Shown: positions 1 to 13,856, numbered from the whole stretch's first letter. The stretch: 63,373 bases of DNA, filler included, from Octopus bimaculoides (GCF_001194135.2; 9 parts of 7 records of this genome joined end to end with filler, not necessarily neighbours in it), one strand, 5' to 3'. Numbers and translations are program-made. Notes: generated by a model from the sequence alone, not told the origin.

Positions 1-60
<60 letters not shown>

Positions 61-545
61 TATATTCACATGTCTGTGCATCCCTATTCTTTTCTGTATT
101 TCTGTCCCCCTCTGTTTCCACCTAACTCCTACACCTCTACCTCATCTCTCCTAACCCTTACTCCACATTCTCCCTCAGCACCAGCACCATTGCTACCCTC
201 CCCATTCTTTTACATCTTTCGGAAATAGATCCGATCAGATCAGACTGATTTTACATTTACATAATCACTAATTACTAATCACTGATTAAATTTCAATCCA
301 TTGCAGCACAGATAATCTCTGCAGATTATATACCTGTAAGCCTTAGACCTTACTTGTCTACCTTTCTACCTTTTCCCAGCCTACCCGTCTACCTCGCTAT
401 CTACCTTTCTTTAAGACAATGAACAAAGAGCCCCTATGTATCTGTTTAATCTGCTGGAAATAACAGCCACATCTCACATATATTTTACAATATCATCAAT
501 GTTATATATATATATCTATATATATATATATATATATATGGATAT

Positions 546-774
546 TGTTGTACTTCGGGATGGTCATATTGCCAGTTTAGCCAATAAAAACACACACACT
601 GTGTATTTGGTGTTAATTTGCTTCAGCTTTATATTACATTACATTACATTAATCCTATTTCGGCCAGAGTTCTTTCGTCACACTTCTGTGACCACATCAG
701 TGGCCCTTTGCTTTCTTCTTTCTTATGTGTTTTTATTGGCTAAACTGGCAATATGACCATCCCCAAGTACAACA
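546..774. mobile_element. MITE-like hairpin element, ~49-bp terminal inverted repeats
   Basis: 546-594 (tgttgtacttcgggatggtcatattgccagtttagccaataaaaacaca) is the reverse complement of 726-774 with one mismatch. Confidence 0.7.
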
Positions 775-840
775 TCTGTGTCAACACACGATTTCACATC
801 AAAAATCTTGCAAAACAAATATATATATATGGATATATAT

Positions 841-1007
841 TCTAATAATGGGGCATATAAGCCCTCGACAGAAAAAAAATAGGCTTTCTTATCCACATGG
901 GACACGAACCCACATCCCTTTGTTGACGTGAATAAGCGTGTTACTATTACATGTGGATAGGAAAGCCTACGTTTTTCTGTCGAGGGCTTATAAGCCCCAT
1001 CATTAGA
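841..1007. mobile_element. MITE-like hairpin element, ~58-bp inverted arms
   Basis: 841-899 (tctaataatggggcatataagccctcgacagaaa...atccacatg) pairs with 950-1007 with a few mismatches. Confidence 0.7.
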
Positions 1008-1145
1008 CTATTTTCCTTAGTCATTGCACGGTGATCGCCATAAGCTTTAAGCGTATATAAAAATACCATTATTATTTACAGGATTGTAAAACCCAGCGCT
1101 GTATAACAAAACCATTCACACTGAAAGCATATATATATATATATA

Positions 1146-1331
1146 TCATCATCGTCATCGTTTAACATCCACTTTCCATGCTAGCATGGGTTGGACGATT
1201 TGACTGAGAACTGGTGAACCAGATGGCTACACCAGGCTCCAATCTGATTTGGCAGAGTTTCTACAGTTGGATGCCCTTCCTAACGCCAACCACTCCGAGA
1301 GTGTAGTGGGTGCTTTTACATGCCACCGGCA

Positions 1332-1332
<1 letters not shown>
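1146..1332 (-). mobile_element. SINE/LINE-tail family A with (GAT)n tail
   Basis: Shared consensus (cat)n-cgtttaacgtccgctttccatgctagcatgggttggacg...ggatgcccttcctaacgccaacc recurs about 8 times in the window. Confidence 0.75.
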
Positions 1333-1374
<42 letters not shown>

Positions 1375-1376
<2 letters not shown>

Positions 1377-1620
1377 TGCATGCATAGCTGGGTGGTTAAA
1401 AAGCTTGCTTTATGGCTATATTGTTTCAGGTTCAATCCCACTGCATGACACCTTGGGCAAGTGTTTTTTATTACAGCCCTGGGCAGACCAATGCCTTGAA
1501 ACAGCAAAAGAGACCAATAGAATAAGGTCCAGGCTTTAAAAGAAATATACTGGGGTCATAAAACCCTTTAAGGTGGTGCCCCAGCATGGCTGCACTCCAA
1601 TGACTGAGACAATGACTTTG
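1375..1620 (+). mobile_element. tRNA-derived SINE family B (degenerate copy)
   Basis: Head ggtggttaaaaagcttgct...ggttcaatcccactgcatgacaccttgggcaag and 3' end ggtgccccagcatggc match other B copies. Confidence 0.6.
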
Positions 1621-1677
1621 AAGTTTCGGTTTCTCAATCTTCGTCATTGTAAAATTATAATGTATACATACATAGAT

Positions 1678-1895
1678 ATCATCATCATCATTATCATCAT
1701 CATTTAACATCCATTTTCCATGCTGGCATGGGTTGGACGGTTTGACTGAGATCTGGAAAACCAGCGGCTGCAGGAGGCTCCACTCTGATCTGGCAATGTT
1801 TCTACAACTGGATGCCCTTCATAATGCCAACATCTTTGAGAGTGTGGTGGGTGCTTTTTACGTGCCACCAGTACAGTAGACAGTCAGGGGACATT
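1678..1895 (-). mobile_element. SINE family A copy
   Basis: Same consensus as 1146-1332. Confidence 0.7.
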
Positions 1896-2615
1896 GGCAT
1901 AGTCCCATTTTCACCTCATAGTCCCAGCAGACAGAATGGCAAACATTGTGGCATCCCAGATGAGGAGTGAGCCTCCTGCAATGGAACCAGAGGGGAAAAA
2001 TTGCCATACCATCAGGACCTTTTACTGTCCCTTTGGCCTAACCCCTCTGGCTCAAGCTGGGATTTGAACCCTGTAGCATCTAGACCGCACTTTATGATTT
2101 CATTATATGATTCATATGATTGTTTTTCTGTTTTTACCGCCATTTCCCCATTCCCCCTGACGACCACCGATTCATCCTGCAAATCCCACCATGCCAACCC
2201 CTACTATTTTTATTACGTCCTGGTGCTGCTACCATTTTCTCCTCTTCCTCTTCCTCCTCCTCCTCCACTTTCCATTCTGCCTTTCTCTCCATCTTGTCTT
2301 TATAATTATTGCTTTTGTTCCTTATTTTTAATTCTGTAGATTTGTTGTTGTTGTTGCTGTTGTTGTTGTTGTTGTTGTTGTTATTTGTGGTAATTTATAG
2401 TGTTGCTTATTAATTTTCTTGTTTTCCTTTTTTGTCCATCTTCAATGTGTTGGTTACCAATTACCATTCTATACACATATATATATATGTGTGTGTGTGT
2501 ATGTGTATGTAATATATAATATAATATTATATATATATATATATATATTTTGGCTATTAATTAACTTAGCTAAATAATCCATTGCTGCAGACTGTCTCTT
2601 TCTCTCCCTCCCTCC

Positions 2616-2700
<85 letters not shown>

Positions 2701-3199
2701 CATTACTGGTGTTCTGCCAGGCACTGTATATCCTCTTTATGTTATTTCAACCATGGTTTCAATACAATGCTTCTCTGTACCTTTGAAGTAACATACTCTA
2801 GCCTTTAAGCTCATTGTTTAATTCTCCCACCCACCTTCTACCCTCCCTATCTATCTCTGCATCTTTTCATTCGATATTATGATGTTCACTCTTCCTTTTC
2901 AACCAATATCCTCCATCCTTTAATCCATTGTTAAGCTGTACCCTCTCATTTTGTCCATTCTGCCATCACTTCTACAATACCCTTTCTTCTTTTCAACTAA
3001 ACCCCTACCATCTATTAATCCACTGTTGAGCTGTGGCCAGTCTTTGTCCATTCTGCTACCACTACTACGACATCCTTTGTTCTCAACCAGTATCATCTTA
3101 TCACTACTCACCTGCTGTGCTATACCCACTCTCTATCCGTGTCCACTCTGTCACCCCTACTATTATGTCATGTGATTTTTTTTTACCAATAACTTCTAC

Positions 3200-3467
3200 C
3201 TATGATGCCACGAGCAAAGTAAAATCGCTGTCATCCATAGATACTGGCTTGCTCTCTACAGGTGCTGGTGCCACATAAAATACACTCGTGCCGTGTAAAT
3301 GCACCCATGCTGGTGGCACGTAAAGAGCACCCAGTATGCTCTGTAAAGTGGTTGGCATTAGGAAGGGCATCCAGCCATAGAAACCATGCCACAACAGATG
3401 ATTGGAGTCTGTTCACCTTCCTGGCTGGTCAACTCCTGTCAAACTGTCCAGCTCATGCCAACATGGA
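3200..3467 (+). mobile_element. SINE family A copy
   Basis: Contains gtggttggcattaggaagggcatccagccatagaaacc...aacccatgc-like 3' part. Confidence 0.65.
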
Positions 3468-3471
3468 AGGC

Positions 3472-3709
3472 TGCGAGCTGGCAGAAACGGTAGCACGCCA
3501 GGCGAAATGCTTAGCGGTATTTCGGCTGTTGTTACATTCTGAGTTCAAATTTCACCAAGGTCGACTTTGCCTTTCATCCTTTCAGGCTCAATAGTTCTGG
3601 GTTCAGTCCCACTGTGTGGCACCTTGGGCAAGTGTCTTCTAATATAACCTCAGGCCAACCAAAGGCTTGTGAGTGGATTTGGCAGTCGGAAACTGAAAGA
3701 AGCCCGTCG

Positions 3710-3762
<53 letters not shown>

Positions 3763-3970
3763 TTGTAGGTCTGTGTTTGTCCCCCCCAACATCGCTTGAC
3801 AACCGATGCTGGCGCGTTTGGTTCCCTGTAACTTAGCGGTTTGGCAAAAGTGTCCGATAGAGTAAGTACTAGGCTTACAAAGAATAAGAGCTGGGGTTGA
3901 TTTGCTCGACTAAAGGCGGTGCTCCAGCATGGCCACAATCAAATGACTGAAACAAGTAAAAGAGTAAAAG
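3472..3970 (+). mobile_element. SINE family C head joined to SINE family B
   Basis: gcgagctggcagaaacggtagcacgcc...ctgagttcaaat (C), then gggttcagtcccactgtgtggcaccttgggcaag...(TA)n(TG)n...gactgaaacaagtaaaagag (B). Confidence 0.7.
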
Positions 3971-5082
3971 AATATAACCATTATTATTATTATTATTATC
4001 ATCATTATTTATAGTTTCACAGTTTTAATCACAAAACTCCAAAACGACTACCAGATGTTTTACAAGGCACAGCAAACAAGAAAAAATACAAGACACATTC
4101 AAAACTTACAAACACACAAACACACATATACACACACATTAGTTGGCCCTTGTATACCTTTGTTTATTTTTGTTTTTTTAACCAATTTAAAAAAAAAAAA
4201 TTTCTTCCATTTCTGCTCATCCACCACCAAAATTCTCCAACAGTTTTTCAAGAATCACTGCAGAAGAATAAATGGTGAAAATAATGAATGAAATTCAGTC
4301 GAAACATTTCCTTTTAACAGGTTTCTGCACTTAAAAACTACATTTTATAGGTGTTTTTAGTACCTGTAACGAGTTCTCATTCTAAATTTGTTTCATATCT
4401 TACTACTACAATTACTTATTCGAACACTTCACCTAACATCCTCCCGCTGAGTTTGTGCCAATGTGTTCTTCAAACAAACAGTGTAGGAGTTGGCTGGTCA
4501 GTGATAATTGTGGCCGGTGGTGGTGATGATGTAGATTGATGGTCATGATGATAGTGAAGACGACAGGGATAAAAGTGGATGCTGTCAGTTATTGATTGTG
4601 TAGCTAGGGATGATGGGAAATCAAGCTGGCGATGATGGTGATGGTGGCATCGATGGTGCTGGTGGTGGTGGTGGTGATCATGGTTATTGCTGTTATTTCT
4701 TAACCTTTGTATAACCACTGGTCGAGAAAACCTATGGTCAGAGATTTTCTGGCCCTTGATCATCATCATCAGCATCACAGTATTTCGAAAGTGTGTGGTT
4801 GTGTGTGTGTGTGTATAGGCGCAAGATTGGCTGTATGGTAAGTAGCTTGCTTACCAACCACATAGTTCCGGGTTCAGNNNNNNNNNNTATATATATATAT
4901 GTGTATATATATATGTATGCATGTATGTATGTATGAGCATATGTATGTATATGCATGCGTATAGATATATACATATGTGTGTATATGTGTATGTATGCAT
5001 GAGCATCATCATCACTATCATCATCATCATCATTTAACATCTGTTTTCCATGCTGTGATAAGTTCTATATGTGTGTGTGTGC

Positions 5083-5161
<79 letters not shown>

Positions 5162-5261
5162 NNNNNNNNNNNNNNNNNNNNNNNNNNNNNNNNNNNNNNN
5201 NNNNNTTAATTAATTAANNNNNNNNNNNNNNNNNNNNNNNNNNNNNNNNNNNNNNNNNNNN
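5162..5261. other. Artificial scaffold linker (44 N + TTAATTAATTAA + 44 N)
   Basis: Identical 100-bp construct also at 15276, 33530, 39397, 46123, 51371, 59772 and 61276. TTAATTAATTAA gives stops in all six frames. Confidence 0.95.
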
Positions 5262-5289
5262 ATATATATATATATATATATATATAATA

Positions 5290-5903
5290 CATTAAAAGTC
5301 AGTTTAAATCTTGCTTGCTTGCAATGTTCCTCAGCTAAACTGGCGCAAAATGGGAAAATACTACGTATTATGAAACCCTGAAATGTTAATACGAACGGAA
5401 TGAAACAGGTTTCGTGTAAATCAGTAAAGTGGTTTTCGAGATATTAGAGATTTTCGGAGTATAAATACCCAAAACAGTGCATAATGAGAAAATGTTCCGA
5501 AAATAATCTTCATCATGAAAGGGAAGAAACTTTTATCTTTCTATTAGACAGTGAGTTGACAGCGAAAAAATGTTGAAGCAGTTTGAATGGGAAATGATGC
5601 CCCACCCATCATATTCGCCGGACATTGCCTCATCTGATTATCATTTATTCTGCAGTTTTCAAAATCATTCGAACGGAAAAACTATGAATTCTGTAGACGA
5701 GGTCAGAACAGTACTGGAGAAATATTTTTCGTTACGGAAACGTGAAGTTTTTAGAGAGTTCTTGCAAGTCTATCAGATAGATAGAAAAACATTGTACAAA
5801 AATGAAAGAGAGTATATTTTAGATTTAAAAAGAACTTTGTCTTAACTTTAAAAATTAAAAGTAGTCTAAAAAAACAGCATTATTTATGGGATGACCCAAT
5901 ATA
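5290..5903 (+). mobile_element. Mariner (Tc1/mariner) transposon 3' remnant
   Basis: ORF 5570-5845 contains WEMMPHPSYSPDIASSDYHLF, the mariner HPPYSPDLAPxD motif. A TIR-like end gcattatttatgggatgacccaata is followed by TA at ~5878-5903. The 5' boundary is approximate. Confidence 0.85.
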
Positions 5904-6148
5904 TACAAACAAACATATAAACACGTGTTCACTCGCATGTGACCATGGACAGGACCGAAATTGCAACAACGCCATTGCTTGCCAAAACAAATTACCCAAA
6001 AAATGCATTTTCCTAAATTCTTAATTCTTCCCTTCTAACATTCTCATTCTTTTATTCAAAAGAAAAAAACATCTTCCAAAACAATAACAGTAGCACAAAT
6101 GGGAACATTAAATATTTCAGAAAGAAACTCAAATAATGGGCTTTGCCC

Positions 6149-6192
<44 letters not shown>

Positions 6193-6684
6193 NNNNNNNN
6201 NNNNNNNNNNNNNNNNNNNNNNNNNNNNNNNNNNCTTTAAGAAGAGAAATTATTTATTGTCAAAGAGACACTTATTTCTTTTTATTGTCTCATTTTTTTT
6301 CTTGTATGGCTGGTTTCAATCATTGGACAGCGGCCATGTCTGTCCTGCAATGACATCGATTGAATATATAGATTCAATTCCTTTGTCTAGTAATTTGTTT
6401 GGAACTAAATACCAAAGAACTAAAATGTTCGTGAAGCAAACACCACTGATTGTGCCATCCTTCCATGCATATATCTTTCATCTTTTGCTTGTTTCAGTTA
6501 CTGGATAGCGACCATGCATTGTCATCGCCGGGGAGGGTTTAAGCCAAACACATTGACAGCGTCTTTCAGTTTCCGTCTAACAAATTTGAGGCTATAGTAG
6601 AAGACACTTCATCAAGGAACCACGCAGTGTGACTGAATCCGGAACCGTGTGGTTGGGAATGAAAATTCTTACCACACAGCCATA

Positions 6685-6691
6685 TTAATGT

Positions 6692-6755
<64 letters not shown>

Positions 6756-6835
6756 GTAGGTAGGTAGGTAGGTAGGTAGGTAGGTAGGTCGGTCGGTCGG
6801 TCGGTCGGTCGGTCGGTCGGTCGGTCGGTCGGTCG
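6685..6835. repeat. Compound microsatellite (GATA)n(GGTA)n(GGTC)n
   Basis: Read directly from the sequence. Confidence 0.95.
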
Positions 6836-9800
6836 GTGTGTGTGTACATATATACCAAAGCAGCGTTCGGCAAAAGAGACATATAAGTATCAGGCTTAAA
6901 AACATTTGTACCGTTCTCGTTTAATAGCAATAAAACTGGTCTAGTCGGTGCCCGAGCATGGCTGTCGTCCAATGACCGTATCATGTTAAAAAAAAGTGAT
7001 ACTATACCATAAAACATACTTGTAGATTATTAGACAAAAATATACATAGATAGATGTAAATACCTTGGTTTTATATATTAAACCCCTGTGGTTACAAGAT
7101 TGTAGATCATGCGATTATCATTTATGATGTTGCCCAAGACGTTTCCTCAAGTCATCATCTCAGCAAGCTAATTATTCCACATTGAAATTGTTTGCCAACA
7201 CGGACCACTGTTTACTGTCTCAAAATATTATTTTAGATCCAATTATAAGAATAAAGTTCTTGATAAAATAATATGAAAGACTTTACAAATCTGTATAGTT
7301 TACATTCTGGAGAATTATAGCTACTCAAACGCTGAATTTAAATTGTATTTTTAAACATATCTGTAAGTGGTGTGTATATATATATATACGTGTGTGTGTG
7401 TGTGTCTCCTTTATATAGGTACATAACCTCTAACCATATGAATCTTTATTCTATATTAAATGTCATATCATTCATACAAATTTAAGTGTATTTTCAAGTA
7501 CTTTTAACATTTAGACTTGTTTAACTCTTTATCCGATATAATGTGTATGTATATTATTTTAAATAGTGCTTTACTATTAGGTTTTCTGTGTATGTATATA
7601 TATACGTTTGTATATATGGAGAGTATAGATTTATAAGTGTACTTATTTATATCTGTATATGTATATATATATATATATATATATGTGTATGTGTGTGTGT
7701 GTGTGTGTGTAAGCATATCTAGTTTAATAAACGTATATGTGTGTGTTTGGATAGATGCGTGGAGAGCTTGTGCATGGTTTTAGTGAAACATTTTAGAGAA
7801 AAAATATCTATCTGTATAAAGATAGATAAATAGGTGCATAGGTGTATAGGCATGTAGATTGGTATAAAAATAAATGTGTATGATGAGGAGGTTCTCTATG
7901 AGTGATTTTTATGTCTGTGCTTGTGTAGGAATATATATTCTATATAGTTCATGAATTTATAAATCGTAGAAAAAATTTTTTATATTTATTTGAAAAACTA
8001 TATTATATGGAAACAATTTTTAAAATAGTTCAACGCAGAAGAAAACACAAAAGGAATCAAGGTTTGGCTTTACTTAATGTAAATCACGTGACGTACACTT
8101 TATTTTTCCGTGTTTAAAAAAGATGAAAAGCAGCAGAATAAAGAAGTAGTTTCTTAGATTTAGAAGAAAAATGAAGAAAGAAAGAAATTTCTCTCCTTCT
8201 TTGAATTCCACTTGAACTGAATATCCGTATATAAAGCATACATTTACAAAATTGCTTTTTCCTCTTAGGATTGGTTTAGGGCTAAATGTGGGATATTGTC
8301 ATGGAATAACTGGGAAACTATGAATTTGCTGACGTATATCTTTTCATTGAAAGATGTTATCGTCATGTATCTCACGCACACACATCAACGAACAAATGCA
8401 CCGAAAATGGAACACAAATATACTCATAAGTACCGACTTGCTCTCGTACATACACACACACACACACACATATACCTTCACAGTAACACAAATGCAAAAT
8501 ATATCACAACAGTGAGTTTCAGAAAGTTTGTGTATGTCTATATGTATCTATATATTCATCTGTATGTATGCATGAACGTATATGTGTTTTTCTGTATCAA
8601 TATGTTTGTGTTTGCGTACGAAGGAAGCAATTTTTTTTTCTACGAAACCTGGTTTGTTTTCTTTTACTCCAAATTAGAATGACGTGTAAGATATTTTTGT
8701 AGATAGGTAATAAATATATATGAATATTTTTACATAAGAAAGGATATATTATTAACCACTTGGACGTGACATAAAAATATATCCAGATGTAATGGAATGC
8801 ATCTAATTTCTTTCTGGGAAAAATGGAATCGTTGAAATCTAATTAGATTGCATAAATTGCGGTTACTTGTACTATCTCCATTCACGAAGTCAACCGTTTC
8901 CAAAAAGACATCGACAGTATCACACGCAACTCTATCTAAAATGAACGCTTTTATCTAAAACTACAAGACACCATTAGTGTTTTAGTAATTCTCAATACAT
9001 CCTTTCCTTTCGCTGTCTTTTCTCCACAATCAGGACATGAATTATTATTTCTAATGATCTCTATGTCATTATCATCCATTGAATCTACGTCTATATCATT
9101 ACTGCCATGTAAATAGTCACACATATATATCATTAACTAAAGAATATCACATCACGTTAAATGCTTGTCACGTTTCGTTCAGGTAGATGCCCAATCAATA
9201 TTAAAAAATGTCCCCTTTTTTTCTTAGTTGTTTATGGATGTGACTCGTTCTATGTTATCATCTCTCTCACCCATTCTCTTTCTCACTTTCTAAACTCACC
9301 TGCACTCTCCAATTTCGAGTGTAATATTAAAATGCTTTCATAAAATATTCTTTCTGCTGGTTTGCTCAAGTAAATCACATTATCATATATTCTAGATAAA
9401 AGAATAATTGAGCCTTCAAACTGCATTGTCAGCAATCTGTATGTATGTATGTATATATTAAAAGAAAGAGCCGGTTTCTAACCAAGATTCAAGGCTCTTT
9501 CATTGAAATTTCAACATCAACAGGGTATTTGTGCATGTATGTGTGTATGTGCGTAGTATTAGGAGTTAGTGCATGTGCAGTTTTATATGCTTTGTCTTAT
9601 ATGTGTATTCTTATCCATATAGTTGCATGTCTAGACATGCGTATATTAACTTATGTATGTATGCACATATGTATGTATGTATGTACTTAGGCAAGCATTT
9701 ACATATGTATGCATTTATGTCTCTATATATGAATGACTACTATGTGAAGGTACTTTGCCTAGAGTTAAAGGTTTGGGGCTGAGTTCGATTCTTGGATCGG

Positions 9801-10016
9801 ACTAGCAATTCATTTCAAATAATTCTGTTGCTCAGCTGCAAATGAGTGGTAACCCGTCAGCTGCCACATCCTGGACGTACCTCGAAACTTGGGTGAGAAC
9901 ATGTTGGCGTCTGCATAGGCTAGCGACTACATACACACTTAAAGCAATTAGCGAACACATGGTATATGCTGCCAATTCGTATTCAGTTGTAAGTGATGAC
10001 CATGTATGTATGTATG

Positions 10017-10781
10017 AATTTTTCTGTTTGAGTTTTTTCTTTTAATTTCTTAAAAGAGTTCAAGCCGGCCGCTAAACAAAGTAACAAGACTTTGTTAGAT
10101 AAGACAGTTCTAGGTGATTGTAAATGTGTGGTTGAGTGGAGATGTTCGTTGGACTGTCGATGCATACAACCAAGTGTGTGCATCTATTCACCTGAAGAAT
10201 CTCAGATATAGAAACTTTGGAATGTCTTAGAAATCTTCACGGTGTCATTAATAGATTGGATTTGAAGAATCCGCGTCAGTTACTTTTTGCTCTTTCTCCA
10301 TGAAACCGAGTATTCCTAGTTCCTTTTCTCAGTTTTTTCGTACATAACCCAATACATCTATGATGATAGGTACAAATAAGAATTTATGGTCAAGGTACAA
10401 GAACTGTAAGTTCCGCATTAATTCGCAATGAATGTTCTCTCTATGGCGGCGAGCTGGCAGAAACGTTAGCACGCCGGGCGAAATGCATAGTTACGTTCTG
10501 AGTTCAAATTCCGCCGAGGTCGACTTTGCCTTTCATCCTTTCGGGGTCGATGATCTAATCGACTGGCCCCTCCCCCCAAATTTCGGGCCTTGTGCCTAGT
10601 GTAGAAAAGAATACATGTTCTCTTTTTCCTGGACTTTTGATTGTAAATTCACATCCACTGGGCAGCTGACCTCTGCAACAGTGTATGAACTTTGTCCCCT
10701 TTCCCACTGTACAATATCAGGTTTGTTGTGCTTGCACTGAATTGCTGTTTTTATTAGGGTGTTCAACCACTATTCCTTATT
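10017..10781 (-). mobile_element. 5'-truncated non-LTR retrotransposon, restriction-like endonuclease C-terminus plus 3' UTR (R4/Dong-like)
   Basis: Minus-strand translation gives KHNKPDIVQWERGQSSYTVAEVSCPVDVNLQSKVQEKEN, then after a SINE insertion ELMRNLQFLYLDHKFLFVPIIIDVLGYV...LQIQSINDTVKISKTFQSF. (CATA)n lies at both ends. Confidence 0.8.
10441..10614 (+). mobile_element. tRNA-derived SINE family C with 9-bp target-site duplication
   Basis: ggcggcgagctggcagaaacgttagcacgccgggcgaaatgc...gttcaaattccgccgagg. TSD ATGTTCTCT at 10432-10440 and 10615-10623. Confidence 0.85.
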
Positions 10782-11031
10782 TGTATGTATGTATGTATGT
10801 ATGTATGTATGTATGTATGTATCCATGCATATATTAATATAGTGGCATATCTTGTGTGTACAGCTAGAAGTTGGTCAGCTGCTGGCGAATTAAGTACCAC
10901 ACCACCCCCGAAAATTATCACCATCCAGTTTGCTTCAAGTAAATTGCTGTGGTTACAGCTGTACTTAGTGGTATTACAGGTTCTAGTATACGGAGCAAAC
11001 TTATATAAACTTGTGCGTATCATAATTTGGA

Positions 11032-11078
<47 letters not shown>

Positions 11079-11688
11079 CGTGCGTGCGTGTGTGCGTGTG
11101 TGTGTGTGTGTGTGTGTAACTCTTATCGCTTCGTATTTATATTATGGTCATTTGAATTAACCTTCCATCTTATTTCTTTTAACTCTCAACATCGCCACCC
11201 CCGTCCTCCAAGTTATGAATATAATGTAACTGTAAATACTATAATATAGAAAAGTTTTATTCGCTAATCTCCAGGACTTCACTCAATAATATCCTGGATA
11301 TCAATCGATGAACTCACAGACATATATACGAGGTACATAAATAGCCATCACCTGCTTCTCTTTCGCTGATATATGAATCACTACTATCTCATATTATACT
11401 ATCACCTGTAGGACTAATTTTACCTGCAGCTTAACTTTTTCAGAACGTGGACATAAGCAATACAATCTCATACATTAAAAATTCCTTTAAAAAAATTCTA
11501 TAATTTCTGCTCTGCGATATTATTATATATTATAATATATCAAAATTTTTATTGATTTCTTTTTGTTTTTTATGCTTGTATTATTATTTTATTTTTCTGA
11601 GAATATTATTAGTTGATAACGATGTTTATGTCGTTTCAATCTGTTTATTAGTATTCTCTCACGCCTGTCTTCATCTTCNNNNNNNNNN

Positions 11689-11801
<113 letters not shown>

Positions 11802-12336
11802 TGCCCCTGCATAATTTTATATATATATTATCATTATTATTATCATTATATGTTTGGCCTTTGTTTTTTTATTTGTACAAGTTGACTCCACGTTTCACCC
11901 AGATACCTCAAAAGACAACAAGTTACAGGTTCAAGTTAGTGTAATGACTAGGGTACGATATTCTGGGTTTTGCACAGAGTATTGTTCTAGAGAATGTCTG
12001 TCAAAACATAAGTAAATAAGAAATTTGTTTTAAAAGTAATTTGGTAATAAGATGATAGTGTGATCTTAAGATGACAGTAAAAGGTGTTTGCTATTATGTA
12101 CATTTGAGAGTACTTTTCACAATGTTTACAGATTAAGATGTTTTGGGAATTACATAGACACTATATTTCGTAGAATAGGAGCAGTTGGCATGAGCACTAG
12201 TTTTTTTTAATTCAATTTTTGGATTTCCTTGAATCTGAGATAGGTAGGAAACCAGCCGCTTTTGCAATCATTCTAGGGCAACAAGTATTACTTTAGTCTT
12301 GAGGTTCCATATTTTACCAATTTCTATTTCAAGGTC

Positions 12337-12387
<51 letters not shown>

Positions 12388-12477
12388 AATAATAATAATA
12401 TTATTATTATAATTATTATCATGTGATTAAAACTCACAGCTTACTTTGCTGGGTATGATGGTAAATGCTAGCTGTCT

Positions 12478-12685
12478 AAGGCGGAGAGCTGGCAGAATCG
12501 TTAGCGCGCCGGACGAAATGCTTACGGATATTTCGTCTGCCGCTATGTTCTGAGTTCAAATTCCGCCGAGGTTGACTTTGCCTTTCATCCTTTCCAGGTC
12601 GATAGATTAAGTATCACTTAAGTACTTGGGTCGATGTAATCGACTATACCCCGCCCCTAAATTTCATGCCTTGTGCTAATAGAAG
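12478..12685 (+). mobile_element. SINE family C copy
   Basis: Same consensus as 10441-10614. Confidence 0.75.
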
Positions 12686-13819
12686 AAATAGTAGAAAGGG
12701 TTATTATTATTATTATTATTATTATCATTATTTAAAGCAATTTAATTCGGCTCGAAGCGACTTGAAGTTCCACAGACCTCTTACAGAGGTACGCAACCTT
12801 GAGTCGCATGGAGTCAAATCAAGCTGTTTTAAATAATAATACATGTAATTCCTCTTAAATGTGTCGAGTGCCCTTTTTCGTTTTTGTCTTACAAACTTTG
12901 CAAGCAACTCCTATTCTTTCCCTTATTTGTTGGTACTAAATTTGTTATAATGTATAGTGACCCCTTTATCATTTACTTTCGCTTATATTGTAAATAGGAT
13001 TTTAGAAATAACTATTCTTATGCCACCCGCGAAATTTAGATTATACTTCTAGTTCACCCGCGAAGCGAAATGAGTTCAACACCTCCAACTTATTCCATTT
13101 ACTATGCAAGATGCTTACTGATGCAGCATCACAAACATCACAGCAAGAAGCAAATACGAGAGCAACAAACTCCTTCATTCACGAAACAACTCAACACATA
13201 CAAATCACAGATCAAAAGCTGTAACAACGTTGATGCTCTCAACGAACAGGGCCAGAACTGACTGAAATATGCCAGTAATAGATAAAAAGACTAAAGGATA
13301 AAATTACGTCTAATTTTAACTCTAACTTGAGCTAAACTTCGTTTGATAACCTTCTTTTCAAAGCCGTATATTTTATTCTTAATAAGAATTGGAATATTAG
13401 ATGGAACGCACTGAAATTACCAATCTAGTTCATTTTATCATAAGATGAAAAACATCTATATTCGTTTCATATTTCTGAAGATATTTGTTGCTGCTCGGTT
13501 ACAAAGGCATTACTATAAAACAGTATTTGAATAGGAAAAATCAGTATAAATATTTCTCGTTAAGAAAACCAGATTTTTACGTTTAGATATCAACATTTTA
13601 CGTATGTATTTTCAGCAGTATGTGTTTGGGCTTGTGTGTGTATGGGGAGTGTCTGCGTAAATCTGAATATACAGTAATACAAAATGTATAGACACGCGTA
13701 CATAATTATAAAACGTTTTCGTATATACATATGACCCAACAAACATAAATAAATACGTGTGTGTGAGAGAGAGAGAGAGAGAAATAGAGAGAGAGAGAGA
13801 AATAGAGAGAGAGAGAGAA

Positions 13820-13856
<37 letters not shown>

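Noticed and set aside
10056-10211. Apparent Cys-rich terminal exon on plus (DCKCVVEWRCSLDCRC)
   Set aside because: It is the antisense of the 3' UTR of the LINE at 10017-10781.
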